64,000 bases of DNA from Guillardia theta CCMP2712. Taxonomy: Eukaryota > Protista > Cryptophyta. The stretch is taken from the NCBI RefSeq assembly GCF_000315625.1, contig NW_005434661.1, positions 236,878 through 300,877 of the forward strand. Reading direction: 5' to 3'. Positions 1-12,200 of this stretch are shown one piece after another. A program made the translations under genes and the position numbers. Under the pieces are notes generated by a model. The model worked only from the letters and a program-made list of their open reading frames with translations. It made no database searches and was not told where the DNA came from. Each line of letters opens with the position of its first letter. Position 1 is the first letter of the stretch.

Positions 1-353
1 GCCGCACTGGGCGCTGGGATACGCAAAGGAAGGGAGGAGGGGAGGAAGAGAGCCGCAGAGGCTTCGAGTAGAGACAGAAGAGGAGCGGAGGAGGAGAGGA
101 AGAGGAGAGGAAGAGGAGAGGAAGGAAATGAAACGGTCAGATACTGCGAGGGAGACCATTGTTGCGTGTAGATCGGGCAAGGTTTCTAGAGCATGGCAGA
201 CTCGTGAAACTTGAGACAGTCAGAAGCCTGTGCTCACTTGTTGAGTGTGAGTGTGAGCATCTTGAGATTTCCATTAGACCATGAGAGGAAACCCGAGATG
301 AATTGGCCGTGCGTCTAACATGGCTCTTTAGTCGACCTTCACCCGCCCTGTGA

Positions 354-3300
354 ATGGATCTGCTCGATGAAGAGGAGTACCTCTACAATCCATACAACAC
401 TGCGGTAAGCAGCTGTTGTTTCAATCCTTTGCTTCAAAGGAACGCGGTCCTGACTCGGTCGCGGTTTTGCAGGGAGGACAGTCTGACGAAGACCCTGACG
501 ACGACGACGATGGTGGTCTGACCACTGAGGATGAGTACACAGGAAAAGCTGCGCTGAATCCTGCGAACTCCATATTCTCATTGTGAGTTTGAGTGAGAGA
601 GCTCCGGTTGTTGCTGCTAGACGCTTGACTGAGGACTTGAACGAGTGATTTTCAATCCCTTCCCTCTGCTCTCTCAGTCCTGCTTTCAGCCCCCTGCGAG
701 GTTTGAAGGAGACTTACTCTTGCTGCCCTGACAGGCAAAATTCGTCTTGGAAGGCAAAGCAGTATGGAGGAGCTAAGATCAAGCATGTCGCATCTGCCGG
801 CCAGGTCCTTTACCTGGCGACTGATCGCGGCCGCCTCGTGCGGTGGAACCTGTTGAACGGAGAGGAGCATGAGATTGTCATTGACAAGGGTCGGAACGAC
901 ATCATCTTCAAGGTTCATGTGGATCCGTCCGGGTCGCACTTGATCGTCGGGGGCAACCAGGGAGAGAACTGGTACATCCAGGCCTCCCGCAACCTGCGGC
1001 CAAAGCTGCTGTTGATGGCGAAGGGAGCGAGGATAGAGTCGGTGTGCTGGGACAGGGAGAACGGAGATGACGTCAGTACGGGTGTGATCATGGTGGGCAC
1101 AAGCACTGGCTGCATCTTCAAGGCAAGCATCCTAGACGGGAAGGAGAAGTACTGGAAGGAAATCTTCAGCTTGCGCGATGCCGGGCAGCCGATCTGTGGG
1201 CTGCAGTGCGAGATCTTCCCTCCCTCCGCCAAGTCGGTGAGCGAGAGCACGAGAAGGTACTTCGTCATGGCAGCGACCCCGACAAGGTACTACGAGTTTA
1301 TCGGAGGCCCCACATTCGATGCTCTCTTCGCTCAGTACACCTCGGCGCCAGCCTTCATCGAGCTCCCAGGAGACCTCGATTACAGCGAGCTCCACTTCTT
1401 CCGCAAGGGGAACGGGAGGGCAACGTCGTTCGTGTGGTTGACGGGCCCCGGACTGTACTCGGGTAGCTTCAGCTTTGGAAGTCAGAACGTCGGCGACAGC
1501 ATCATCTTCGACTACAAGCTGATCCCCTACTCCAACAAAGTCCCCTCTCCTCCCATCGGGATCCTCTGCTCGGAGTTCCACTGGTTCATCCTCTTCGGAG
1601 ATAGGCTGCAGATCATCAACCAGCTGACGCAGGAGCTGGCGTGGGAGTACCAGTTCACCTCGCGCCAGATCTACGGGGACATGAAGGGGATGGTGCAGGA
1701 CGGGGCTTCAGGGAGGATATGGGTATACGCGGACTACATGGTGAACGAAGTGATGATCACCGGGGAAGATCAGAACATCTGGCGCTGCTACTTGCAGAAG
1801 GGACAGTACGACACTGCCCTGCAGTACTGCCAGAACCTGGAGCAGAGGGAGAAGGTGCTGACGGCGCAGGCGGACCACTACTTCAACGAGCGGCAGTGGG
1901 AGCTCGCGGCGTCCATCTACGCCAAGACGAGGAGGAGCTTCGAAGAGATCTGCTTGAAGTTCATCAACCTGGAGGAGAAGGACGCGCTCAAGCGGTACCT
2001 CTCGGACAAGCTGGACCATATGAAGACCACAGACAAGGCGCAGCTGACCATGATCTGCACTTGGCTGTGCGAGAAATACCTGGACAAGCTCAACACTGTC
2101 AAGGAGCAGGGGTCGGCTGAGGACTACGGGCTCCAGCTCGACGAATTTCGCCACTTCCTGCAAGACAACGTGGCGAACTTGGACCCGATCACGACGTACC
2201 AGCTCATCCTCAACCACGGGAGGCTCGACGTCATGCTCTACTACGCTGAGCTGAACGGGGACCACGAACGAGTCATCTCGCACTACATGCAGAGGAGAGA
2301 GTGGACCAAGGCGCTGGAGGCACTGAGTAAGAGCAACGATGCCTCCCTCTACTACCTCCACTCCCCTTCCCTCATGCAGCACTCGCCCGTCGGCACCACC
2401 AACGCCTGGATCAACGCCACCCGCTCGGACCCTCTTTTCCTCGACCCTCGCCGCCTCATCCCGGCCCTCATGCGCTATGACCCCAAGAACAACCCCCCCG
2501 GACACAAGGCCAACCAGGGGCTGCGCTTCCTCCAGCACTGCGTGAGAAACCTCAAGGTCTCTGACCCGACGGTGGTGAACTACCTCGTCAGCCTTCTGGC
2601 TCAGGAGGAGGACGAGGGTGCGATGCTGAGCTTCCTGGCGGAGTACGGCGGGGAGGGAGGAATCATCGACCTACAGCATGCGATGCGGGCGTGTCAAACG
2701 TCGGGGAAGCAGGAAGCTTGCGTCAACATCCTGTCGAGCCTGGGACAGTTCGAGCAGGCGGTCGACCTGGCGATCGAGCTGCAGGACATCGAGCTGGCCA
2801 AGATCAACGCAGACAAAGTGGAGGGTGACGACGATCTGCGGAAGAGGCTGTGGCTGAGGATAGCGAGGTATGTGATCGAGGAGGAGAAGGACGTGAAGAA
2901 GGCCATGGAGTTCATCAACCAGACGGATATCCTGCGGATCGAGGACGTGTTGCCTTTCTTTCCCGACTTCACCCTCATCGACGACTTCAAGGAGGCGATC
3001 TGCGCGTCGCTGGAGGACTACCACAGGCACATCGAGGAGCTCAAGAGGGGGATGGAGGAGGCGACGAAGAGCTCGGAGCTGATCCGCAAGGACATCAACG
3101 ACCTCCGAGGACGCTTCGGGTTCGTGGAGAGCAACCAGAAGTGCTGCTTCTGCAGGACGCCGGTCCTCGCGTCTGCGCTGTTCCTCTTCCCCTGCCAGCA
3201 CGCGTTCCACATCTCGTGCCAGGAGGAGTGGATGATGCGGGAGATGCTGGGGGAGAGCGACAGGAGGAGGGTGGTGGAGCTGAAGGCTGCCATTGCGGCC

Positions 3301-3717
3301 GGACAGAAGCAGGTGAGGGATTTGTTGTTGGAGGGAAGATGGGGTTAGGGGAGGTTGATGAAACTGGCGAGATTGGTGATGTGGGAGGAGGAAGGGAGGA
3401 CTAGAGGAGGAGGGGAGTGGGAAGGAGGAAATGAGGAAGGAGGGTGAAGTGCTGGGGGTGCAGGAAACGAAAAGTAAGAGAAGGTGAAGGGAGGGGAGGA
3501 AGGAGGCGGGCTGAAGCAAAACTTTAACTGTGACGAGCAGGGAAGGGAGACAACTAGTGATACAGGAGGTCTCGAGAGACTTCAGGCGGAGCTGGATGAC
3601 TTGCTGGCTGCCGATTGCCCTCTCTGTGGAGGCCCAGCGATCGAGATGATTTCTCGTCCGTTCCCCGTCTATGGGGATGGACCAGCCGCCTTCGAGTTGC
3701 CCAGCATGCTAGCCTAG
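354..3717 (+). CDS. VPS18: Vacuolar protein sorting 18 (Pep3) homologue, HOPS/CORVET subunit
   Basis: Long exon ~735-3312 encodes a beta-propeller-like N-terminus, Pep3/Vps18 motifs (SEFHWFIL, IWRCYLQKGQYDTALQYC, SFEEICLKF), a clathrin-like helical repeat, LRIEDVLPFFPDFTLIDDFKEAIC and a split RING (CCFC...FPCQHAFH). Intron 3313-3540 joins the last exon with DCPLCG and stop at 3717. The small 5' exons (from ~354) are uncertain. Confidence 0.93.
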
Positions 3718-3824
3718 CCTGAAGACGTAGACCAGCAGTAGTAGGAGGAAGAGGAAAAGGAGGAGGAGGAGGAGGAGGAGGAGGAGGATCTAGGAGGAAG
3801 GATGTGCTGGAGGTAGGTAAATCC

Positions 3825-5230
3825 TTAGAGCTTCAGGTCAAACTCGTCCTCCTTTTGGTTGGCACACAGCATCCCCTCGATCTTGTGCTCCTCGTCGAGC
3901 TTGACAAGCTGATCAGCCGGTCAGTGAGGAACAGGACGGGGACAAGGCAAGGGGGGGGGGAAGATGTGGAGAGGGAGAAGAGCAGCAGCAGCACTCCTCA
4001 CCTCCAGCAGCCTTTCGAAGCTCGTGACTTTCTCTCCCCTCCGCTCGATCATCTCGCGTTTCTGCGATGACGTCAGAACAAGCAATCTCTTCCCCCCCCC
4101 CCCTCTGCCCCTTCCTCCTCCTGCTCTACATATACTCCATCCTTCCTCCACCTTTACGTACACTCCTTCCTTCCTCCCCTCCCTCCCTGTCTCCATATCC
4201 TCACCGACTGGACGAGCTCGGCCACCGGCCTGTACTCCGGCAGCACCGTTCCCTCCGCATCTAGCATAAATCTTGGGATGAGGTCGACAGGAGAGTCGCT
4301 CAGTATCCTTTCCTGCTATCAGTTCCGTGAGCACCACTGCATCACCCTTCCCACCCTCTGCCTTGCCCTCACCATCTCCCTTCCTCTGCTTTCCCTCCTC
4401 TTCCTTCTCCTCCTTCCCTCCTCTTCCGTTCTCCTTCCCTCTTCCTGCTGTTACCTTTTCCGGCTCGTTCAGCAGTTCCTGCATGCCGTTGGGGATCGAA
4501 TATCCTCCCCACTGCCTTCGAATATGCTTCATGTTCATCTCCTCCGCCAGCCACTTCCCTGTGTCCTTGAACCTGCCCCGCCCTTCAGCCTCTCCTCTAC
4601 GGCTCCTCCTCCCCTCCTTCCCACTCCTCCCTTGCCCCTCTCCCATCATGCTCTTCATCCCCCCTCCCCTTCGCCCTCCCTCACTCACTCTGCTTGCTCC
4701 GCACGATCCACAGGCTGGTCGCCGTAGATGTCGGTCGCCCCCAGATCAGCTCCGAGTGCCACGAGCCTCTTGCACGTTTCCAGGTTTCCCATCAGGGCGG
4801 CGCAGTGCAACGGCGAGTACCCCTTCTTGTTCCCCATGTTCACCACAGCTCCCAGCTCCACCAGCTTCTGCACCACCTCCACGTGCCCCGCCAGGGACGC
4901 GATGTGTAGGGGAGACACCTGCAGCAGGTGGTCCTCCGACTCCAGCAGGAAGTTTGGGTTCGTTCCCTTGCAGATGATCTCTGCGCAACGAGACAGCTCC
5001 CCGTCCCTCGCCGCTGACAGCAGCGTCCTCTGATTGTGGATGTCTCCGTGCCCTCCCCGCAGCCTCATGGCAGCGCTGCTGGCCGCAATGTTGCTTCCTC
5101 CCGGAGTGACCGCTCCTGCGCTCAAGAGGGAGCGGTCACATGCGGGCATGCTGCATCCACCTCTCTTCAGCGAGAGCGCTTCAACCAGGCACAGGAGCAG
5201 GCAGAGCATTGTGATGTGAAACTTGTCCAT
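3825..5230 (-). CDS. Signal-peptide-bearing ankyrin repeat protein (5 exons)
   Basis: Hydrophobic N-terminus (MDKFHITMLCLLLCLVEALS), then about 3 ANK repeats (SPLHIASLAGH, GYSPLHCAALMGN). Downstream exons at ~4455-4575, ~4205-4308, ~4001-4060 and 3825-3903 splice in frame to a TAA at 3825. Confidence 0.82.
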
Positions 5231-5419
5231 CGCAGAGGATCTGCCGACCTCCCTGCAGTCGAGTAGCCCGTTCAGCGTTCTCCGCGCCTACCTCATCTTC
5301 CCTTGGTGATGTGGCACTCAAAGTCACATGCCATGAACACCCCAAGAAGAAAGCAAGGCAGGGAGACTCCGTGAATAATCTGCGGGAGAGCAAGTAAGAT
5401 TGGCAGTCCTCCTCCTCCT

Positions 5420-5540
5420 TCTCTCTCTCTCTCTCTGTCATCTCTGTCTCTGTCTCCTTGTCTCTGTCTCTGTCTCTGTCTCTCTGTCTCTCCTCTCCTC
5501 TCCTCTCCTCTCCTCTCTCTCTCTCTCTCTCCTCGTCTCT
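5420..5540. repeat. (CT)n/(CTGTCT)n/(CTCTC)n pyrimidine microsatellite
   Basis: Directly visible simple repeats. Confidence 0.9.
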
Positions 5541-5639
5541 CTGCCATCTAGTCTTTCCCGCTTCCGCCCATCGCGGCCACCCCCTTGAATGTCCGGGAGT
5601 GACGTTGTTGACACTCTTCAATGACTGACCGCCTCCTGT

Positions 5640-5750
5640 GCCATACCGGCCGGCCCGGCCGGCAAGTCCGATCGCCGGCCCGGGACCTTGCCGCCAAGTC
5701 ACTGAACTAGTCCGGCGGTTTGCCGTTGCGACCCCTGCGCTCCCGGGGTT
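5640..5750. other. CCGG-dense GC island (copy 1)
   Basis: About 8 CCGG in 110 bp (ccggccggcccggccggc...), no credible ORF. Confidence 0.6.
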
Positions 5751-6425
5751 CCTACCCTTCGGCCTCCTACCACCCCTGTGTGCCTCCTCCCTACCTTTGT
5801 ACTTGACGTGCCTTTTTACCACCGGTACTTCATATCTTCTGGACCCACCCATTTTTCGATACCCCACCACCCAAATAGTCCGAATCGTGCTCGAAATTCC
5901 GGTGTGGTGTAAAATTTTGAATTTGTAAATAATTTTTCATAATATATGGTTCAAGTTTGAACATTTGAAATAAAATATTTGAAACAGTTGTCCAAAAATA
6001 CCAACATGCACCCATCGAGGAGCCAATACGTTCTGTGCTCGAACTTGGATCGTTGTCCTCACCCCTGATGTAAATAACCCTTGAATTAACACTACAATAT
6101 ACCGGTATAATTGATCCTGTTGTTGACGACAGTGGGTCAACACTCTCAGTACATACCCTACCCACCATCTCAATTATTGTCCCCAGCCAAATCTTACCCC
6201 ACCCCCATGTCGCCAATGTACCTACCTTCTCCAGGGAATTCTGTGGGTACTACCCACACAAAGAGTACCCCCACCCTAATCCATGGTCACCGGAGATTCC
6301 TCTACCTCCCTGTGGAATTGATTTTCATGGGGTAGACATGTACACTTTGACACACCCTACCCTATTAATATCGTTATTTGATGGTTTGGAGGGTGGGGTC
6401 ATTACCCCCTACCCTAGTAGGGGGC
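5750..6425. promoter_or_regulatory. Intergenic TACCCC/CACCCC-rich element with AT-rich TTGAA/TTCAA core (copy 1), between divergent genes
   Basis: ACCCTACCC and TACCCCACCCC motifs, many GTAC, AT core 5910-5985. A regulatory role is inferred from position only. Confidence 0.5.
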
Positions 6426-6898
6426 AATTATTCGCTTATACCAGTCCCCCGACGCCATGGTGCTCCAGAGGACTGAGCGCGGTGCAACAGGAACGAATGT
6501 ACGAATAGCCTGAACTTCACCGTTGCCCTCTTGTAGTTCTGTTTCTTCAGTGTGCTCTCCCCGACTCCATCCTAGCAGGATTGGTTTTCTCTTTCTTCTG
6601 CTTCTCATTGCAGATCTGGTTTGACCAGCATTATCTCCGAGCAGTTGCAAGAATCTGACTCCCGGTTGACGGCCGCACTTTCGAGAGAGATAGGGCAGGA
6701 ATCTGCGTGAGATATCAAATCTCATCCGAGTTTTGCTGTCTTGTCGTGTATGTACTTTCGACTGCTTGCTTTTACGTCAAGGATACACTTTCCAGCATCC
6801 GACGGAACTTATTCTTACGGATTTTTGTGACGGCCCCCAAGAAAACAATTGATCTTCATTTTCGATTGCTCTGAACCCTTGAAACAAGATTATTCACG

Positions 6899-7739
6899 AT
6901 GATGTTCAAGTCGGTCCTTCTCTTGATCGTCGCGAGTCTTTCGCTCCATCTGGTGTCGGGGTTCATGGGCTCCCTGTGTGGTATCACTTGCAACTTGGAC
7001 GAACCAGGGAGGCAGAGGTGAGAAATTTTCTGGGAGAGGAGTAGCGATCTCTGTGCTGACTCTCACTCTCAGGTCAGAGCGCATCGATGTGCCCTGCCAT
7101 CCTACAAGGGTACTCCGTCGTTGTGCCAGGCAGCTCCCCAAGTTGAAATCGAGCCGGTCTGATGAGAATGTTGGAGGCGACGAGCAGAGAATGTCTCTGC
7201 TTACAGGCAATCTTGTGTCTGAGCAAGTAGACAAAAACCTCACGAGGGCCATCTGGACATGCGGCAAAGGCGTCTCGATCGAACTGACTTACAACGACGA
7301 GGAGTGGCACAGGGTCCACGAGGGGGAAGTAGCCGTGACGCTCACAAACGCTGATGGAGTGGCGATGGGGAAATCTCTGGTGGTCAAGGAAGGCCAGTGG
7401 CTGAAGACTCCTGCCAATTGCAGGGTCAGGTGGACGGTGATTAGATCGATCAAGCTGCAGACAACCTACGCTGAACCGTTTCGACTGGTCGCCAACGGCT
7501 TCATCCTTGCTCCTCCTCTTCCTAAGGCCTTGTTCCAGTCAAACCAAGAGCAGGTGCAGCCTAGTCAGCCTAAGAGTCCTCAATCCTATCGGAAGAGGAT
7601 AAGCAAGTTCATCGAGAGGACCAGGCAAGGGGCTTCTGCTTTCCTGGACGACCTGTCCAATCCTCTGTCGTCCATTGGGAAGGACGTGAAATCTGTTACG
7701 GAAATGACGCCTATGTTCAATCAGACAGGAATCAAGTGA
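6899..7739 (+). CDS. Cupin_3 (DUF861/EutQ-like) protein with bipartite signal + transit leader, probably plastid-targeted
   Basis: Exon 1 MMFKSVLLLIVASLSLHLVSG-F (signal peptide followed by Phe); intron ~7018-7072. Cupin pattern WTCGKG...YNDEEWHRVHEGEVAVT...VKEGQWLKTPANCRVRWTV. Confidence 0.72.
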
Positions 7740-7994
7740 AGGATTGCAGATCAATTGCGAGGATCCTTCTGATAGAAACCCTGGCTTGTAGTGCAGATCG
7801 TTTTTATCCCCTCATTGGAATTCATAGATTTATGTAAATTAGCGCGCGAGAGGGAGAGAGTGACACGTTAAGGTTGAGAAAGTAGAAGTCTGCACTGAGA
7901 GTACATGTATTTTAAAGCATAAATGTTGCTCAAGCACAAGGGGTGTGGAGCGGTTTGTTCAATTGAACTCAGACCAGTGCTTGAGAGCTGTGTT

Positions 7995-8713
7995 TTATTC
8001 CCCCCGTTGCAAAGCTTCGTAGGCCTTCATTCTTTTCTGCAAGTGTGCATCCTCTTCTTCCGCAATCTTCTTCCGATCAGCAAGCAACCATTCCCTCCCC
8101 AGCTGCAAGGCTACGATGAGTACAGCCATCTATCAACCCCAGCAACCTCCTACCTCTGTCACGTATCTCAATGGTAGCTTGGAAATCGCCTCCCCAGGTC
8201 CGCTCTGAACCAGCAGGATCTCACCCTGGGGAGCTTTGTACAAGTTGATTTCCCCGTGCCGTGGATTGTTAACCACCTTTCCTTCTCTTTGAGAGAATCT
8301 CGGGGCAGGTGCAATGTTGCCAATCTATCAAACCGTGAGATGCGAAGGATGACGCATCCACGTACCTGCTTCAATCCTTTCCGGAAATCTGATGTGTTGC
8401 TGTAGTGAGTCCAGCTGAGCTTGCTGGGAGACGCGCTGCCTGTTGATGTGGAGACAAGGGAATGCGAAGGATCGAGCTGTGATCCTGGCGTGTCTAATTC
8501 TGCAGCGAGTCTGGGTGCCTTACGAAACTTATCTTGTACTGGTTGCGTGCTTTTTGAAGTCTTCTCACTCTCCAGAGAGGAGAAGACGATCTTCGTTGTC
8601 AACCTGCTGATATTCTTGGTCTGCACCAAGTCCTTCCTCCTCAACAAGAACGATATCGTCTCCTTGGAGCTCTCATGCTCCTGCTGCTTCCTATACCACG
8701 ATGTTGTCGTCAT
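7995..8713 (-). CDS. Hypothetical protein (3 exons)
   Basis: Exons ~8365-8713, ~8155-8325 and 7995-~8105 splice in frame through short GT-AG introns to ...KAYEALQRGE*. No family recognised. Confidence 0.55.
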
Positions 8714-8849
8714 GGCTGCCCTACGTTGCTCTGGTCGACCTGCATGGTTGCTGTTCCTTCTGCTCTCTCCCTCTCCTCATGGCAGGCTCATGGGGTTTCA
8801 ACTGAAGGCCGAGATGAGGGTGATGAGTTCAGTAAGCTGCCGCCGCTCA

Positions 8850-9150
8850 CCGAGTCGGCGCCGGGCCCGGGGCGGCCGGGCCGGGCCACGGAGTGGCCGT
8901 ATGCGGCCTGTGCGAGTCGGACAGTGTCAGGGTCAAGGGCCTCCTCGACTCTCCTGATTGTCCTCGTACTGATTTTTAACTTATGCATTATTCGGACAGC
9001 GATGCCATGATCATCGGACAGTGTCGCCGCCGCCGGATGCGGCAGCTGAGATGATCGGATGATCCCGAGTCCCGAGTCCCGGCTGAGGCAGCTCCGACAG
9101 GCGGCAGTGCCCCCCCGCTTCCCCCGGCCCCCCTCCCTCGAGTCTCCCGG
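8850..9150. other. CCGG-dense GC island (copy 2), upstream of the 8713 gene
   Basis: About 8 CCGG plus GATCATCGGA and (CCCGAGT)2 motifs. Confidence 0.6.
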
Positions 9151-9200
9151 GTCAAAAATGCAAGTCCGTGCTACCCTTGACCCCGACCTGAGCTAGGGGA

Positions 9201-12200
9201 TCAGCTGAATGGCGTTACTGAGCTCCGAGGCTGGAGCGAGACCTTGTTCCAGTAGGAAAGCCGCAGCGTGAGAGAGGTGAAACGCTCGAAGTCCAGCCCG
9301 AGGCTCTCCTCCTCCACCATGAGCTGGAGGGGCCCTGGGGTCAGCGAGCCGAGCACCGGAACACAGCGCTGTCACCTTCATCATCCTGCGGAGCTCGTTG
9401 AGAGTGTAGTTGTGCCCGAGATCCTTGAGGAGCTGAACATGAAGTCACTTGTTGCCTCGCGGCGGTGGAGGAGGGGAACCTCGTGCAGCTCCTCAAGGTC
9501 GATGTAGCCGGAGCCTGCGGGGCCGATGAGGGGAGGGCGGGAGGAGAGGAGAAGTGACTGAGGAGGAGGGATGGAGGAGGAGGAGGAGGGATGGAGGAGG
9601 AGGTGGTGGTGGTGGTGGAGGAGGAGAGGAGGGTAATCAGGCCAGGAAAGTGGAAGGGGATCAAAAGGATCAGAACGATGAGGAAATAGGATCGGAGTAA
9701 GCAAGGAGCCGAGGAAGGAAAGATGGAGGGATGGGAGAGGACGAAGGAGGGAGAGGCAGAGGAGGCAGACGACGAAGGAGGGAGAAGCAGAGGAGGGAGA
9801 GGATGAAGGAGGGAGAGGATGAAGGAGGGAGAGACAGAGGAGGGAAGAGGGGAGGGGAGTTTGGACCGTCAGCGTCATATTTGTTGAAGGCGTCGCGGAG
9901 GAAGGATACTTCTTTCGACTCCTGCTCCAGTCAGATGAATTGTGAGCCACCTTTATGCTTGCCTTGTGATGCCAAACTTGTTCCAGAAGTCCATCTGACA
10001 ACAGCAAGGAGGAGGAGGAGGAGGAGGAGGAGGAGGAGGAGGAGGAGGAGGTAGGTAGGTAGGTNNNNNNNNNNNNNNNNNNNNNNNNNNNNNNNNNNNN
10101 NNNNNNNNNNNNNNNNNNNNNNNNNNNNNNNNNNNNNNNNNNNNNNNNNNNNNNNNNNNNNNNNGAGGAGGAGAGAAGGAGGAGGAGGACGGGGAGGAGG
10201 AGGAGGAGGAGGAGGAGGAGGAGGAGGAGGAGGAGGAAGACGAAGAAAGGTGTGGAGTAGTAGATGAATTGAAGTCAGAGGGTGGAAAAGTGTCAAGGTC
10301 AAGACAAGAAAGCATCTTGGGAAGAATCTTTTGAGATCAAGAAGTCGAGGAGCAGATGAGCAAAGAGGTACAAAGAAAGTTGTTCGAGACTAGGACGGAG
10401 GAAAGAGAGGAATGAATGCTCATCGGGGATACACATACGTCTCCTCTAGGATACATCGGCATACACACATGTTACCTTGGCCCACCAATCGATGAAAGTC
10501 TCGAAACTTAGACCTCCGTCTCTTGAGAGGTTCAGCTTCTGCCGCCCTGCTGTCAGGCACTCCCAGGATGCGACGATACACGCACATCGAACAGCAGCTC
10601 CAGGTCCTCGTTCCCGGCCTGCACGTTCTCCTGCAGTGATCGTCAGCTACGACGAGCAGAGTATCTGACAGTAGAAGCAAGGGATGGAAGAGCAGGAGGG
10701 AGGACGGTGGGGGAGGAATAGGTTGGGTGGGGAGGAGAAGAGGACGAGGAAAAGGAAGAGAGGAGGAGGCTGGCGGTGTGGATGGTAGGCTGTAAGTGGT
10801 GGAAGAAGATTCAAAAGCAAACAAGCAGGAGAACATCTACGACTTGTTTGCTGACCTTGCGTTCTCCGAGGTATAAAAGCATCTCAATGACTTCATCCCT
10901 TTGATTGCAAACTTAGTCATCAGCGCGGCTCTTTGACGTTTTTTTCTCTGACTGCGGTACCTTTGCAAGGTTCCGTCACCATCCTTGTCGACGAAGTTGA
11001 AGACCCTCTGGAGGAACTGAGTTTCCTCTGACGTTGACGCGTCAAAACTATGTAGGACGACGACGAAAATTCAAGAGGAGGGAGGTTTGAGGGGGGAAGC
11101 AGAGGAGGAGGAAGAGGAGTGGAGATAACAGAGGGGAGCAACGAGCAGGAGAAGGAGGTTGAGGTGGAAGAGCAAGTGATGGATGGCAGGAATTTACCGA
11201 CAGTGATGAGAGCTGACTGCATGAGATGTCAGGCAAGTCATGTGTGAAAAGTGGCAGGACGAAGAGTTGGAGGAGCGAGGAAAGAATCGAAATGAGAAAA
11301 GCGTACGGGAGGAGAGGGGAGGAGAGAGGATGGGTGAGGAGAGGAGAGGAGAGGAGAGGAGAGGAGAGGAGAGGAGAGGAGAAAAGAGGAGAGAGGAGAG
11401 GAGAAATGAAAAAGGAGAGGGCAGCAGATAAGGGGAGGAAGAAGATCAACCTTGACAAGCTCTGCTGCATTCATCAGTCGTTCATCCCCCTGCTTCTTTC
11501 TCTTCTGCGTCCACCACTTCAGGGATCAGATTCAATGCAATCATGCCCGCCACCTTTGCTGCACTCAACTTTGCTTCTGCTGCTGCTTCTGCTTCTGCTG
11601 CTGCTGCTGCTGCTCCTCCTCCTCCTCCTCCTCCTCCTCCCTCCTCAATGTCGGCATATGCCCCCGTTGTCTCCTCTCGTGACTCCTTCACTGCGGCTGT
11701 GTCGGTAATGGGTATGGAAGGATCCTGCAAGGGGCTGGTGAGAGGAGTGGAAAAATGAAGCGGATGGTAAGGAGAGGAGGAGGAGCAAGAGAGGCGAGGA
11801 GAGAAGAGTGGAAGAGCAGAGAAAAGGCTAGTTGGTCATGTGTTAGGAGAAACAGGACACGAGGATGAGGATGAGGAGGAGGAGGGGGAGGGGGAGGAGG
11901 AGGAGGAGGAGGAGGAGGAGGAGGAGGAGGAGGAGGAGGAGGAGGAGGAGGAGGTGGTGGTGGTGGTGGAGGTGGAGGAGGGGAGCGAGGAGGCAACCTC
12001 CTGAGCTTCATGATGGTGATAGGTCTTGAACTGATTCTCCTGCATGATCCTGACAGTCTCGGTCAGCCTCACTTGCTGTCCTTCCTCCCTCNNNNNNNNN
12101 NNNNNNNNNNNNNNNNNNNNNNNNNNNNNNNNNNNNNNNNNNNNNNNNNNNNNNNNNNNNNNNNNNNNNNNNNNNNNNNNNNNNNNNNNNNCCTCCTTCT

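Noticed and set aside
1132-3519. Long antisense and alternate-frame ORFs over VPS18 (also over the EGF and coiled-coil genes)
   Set aside because: These are shadow ORFs expected from high GC3 codon usage; they carry no motifs.
5750-6425. TACCCC elements as MITE or solo LTR
   Set aside because: No terminal inverted repeats, target-site duplications or alignable sequence between copies were seen by eye.
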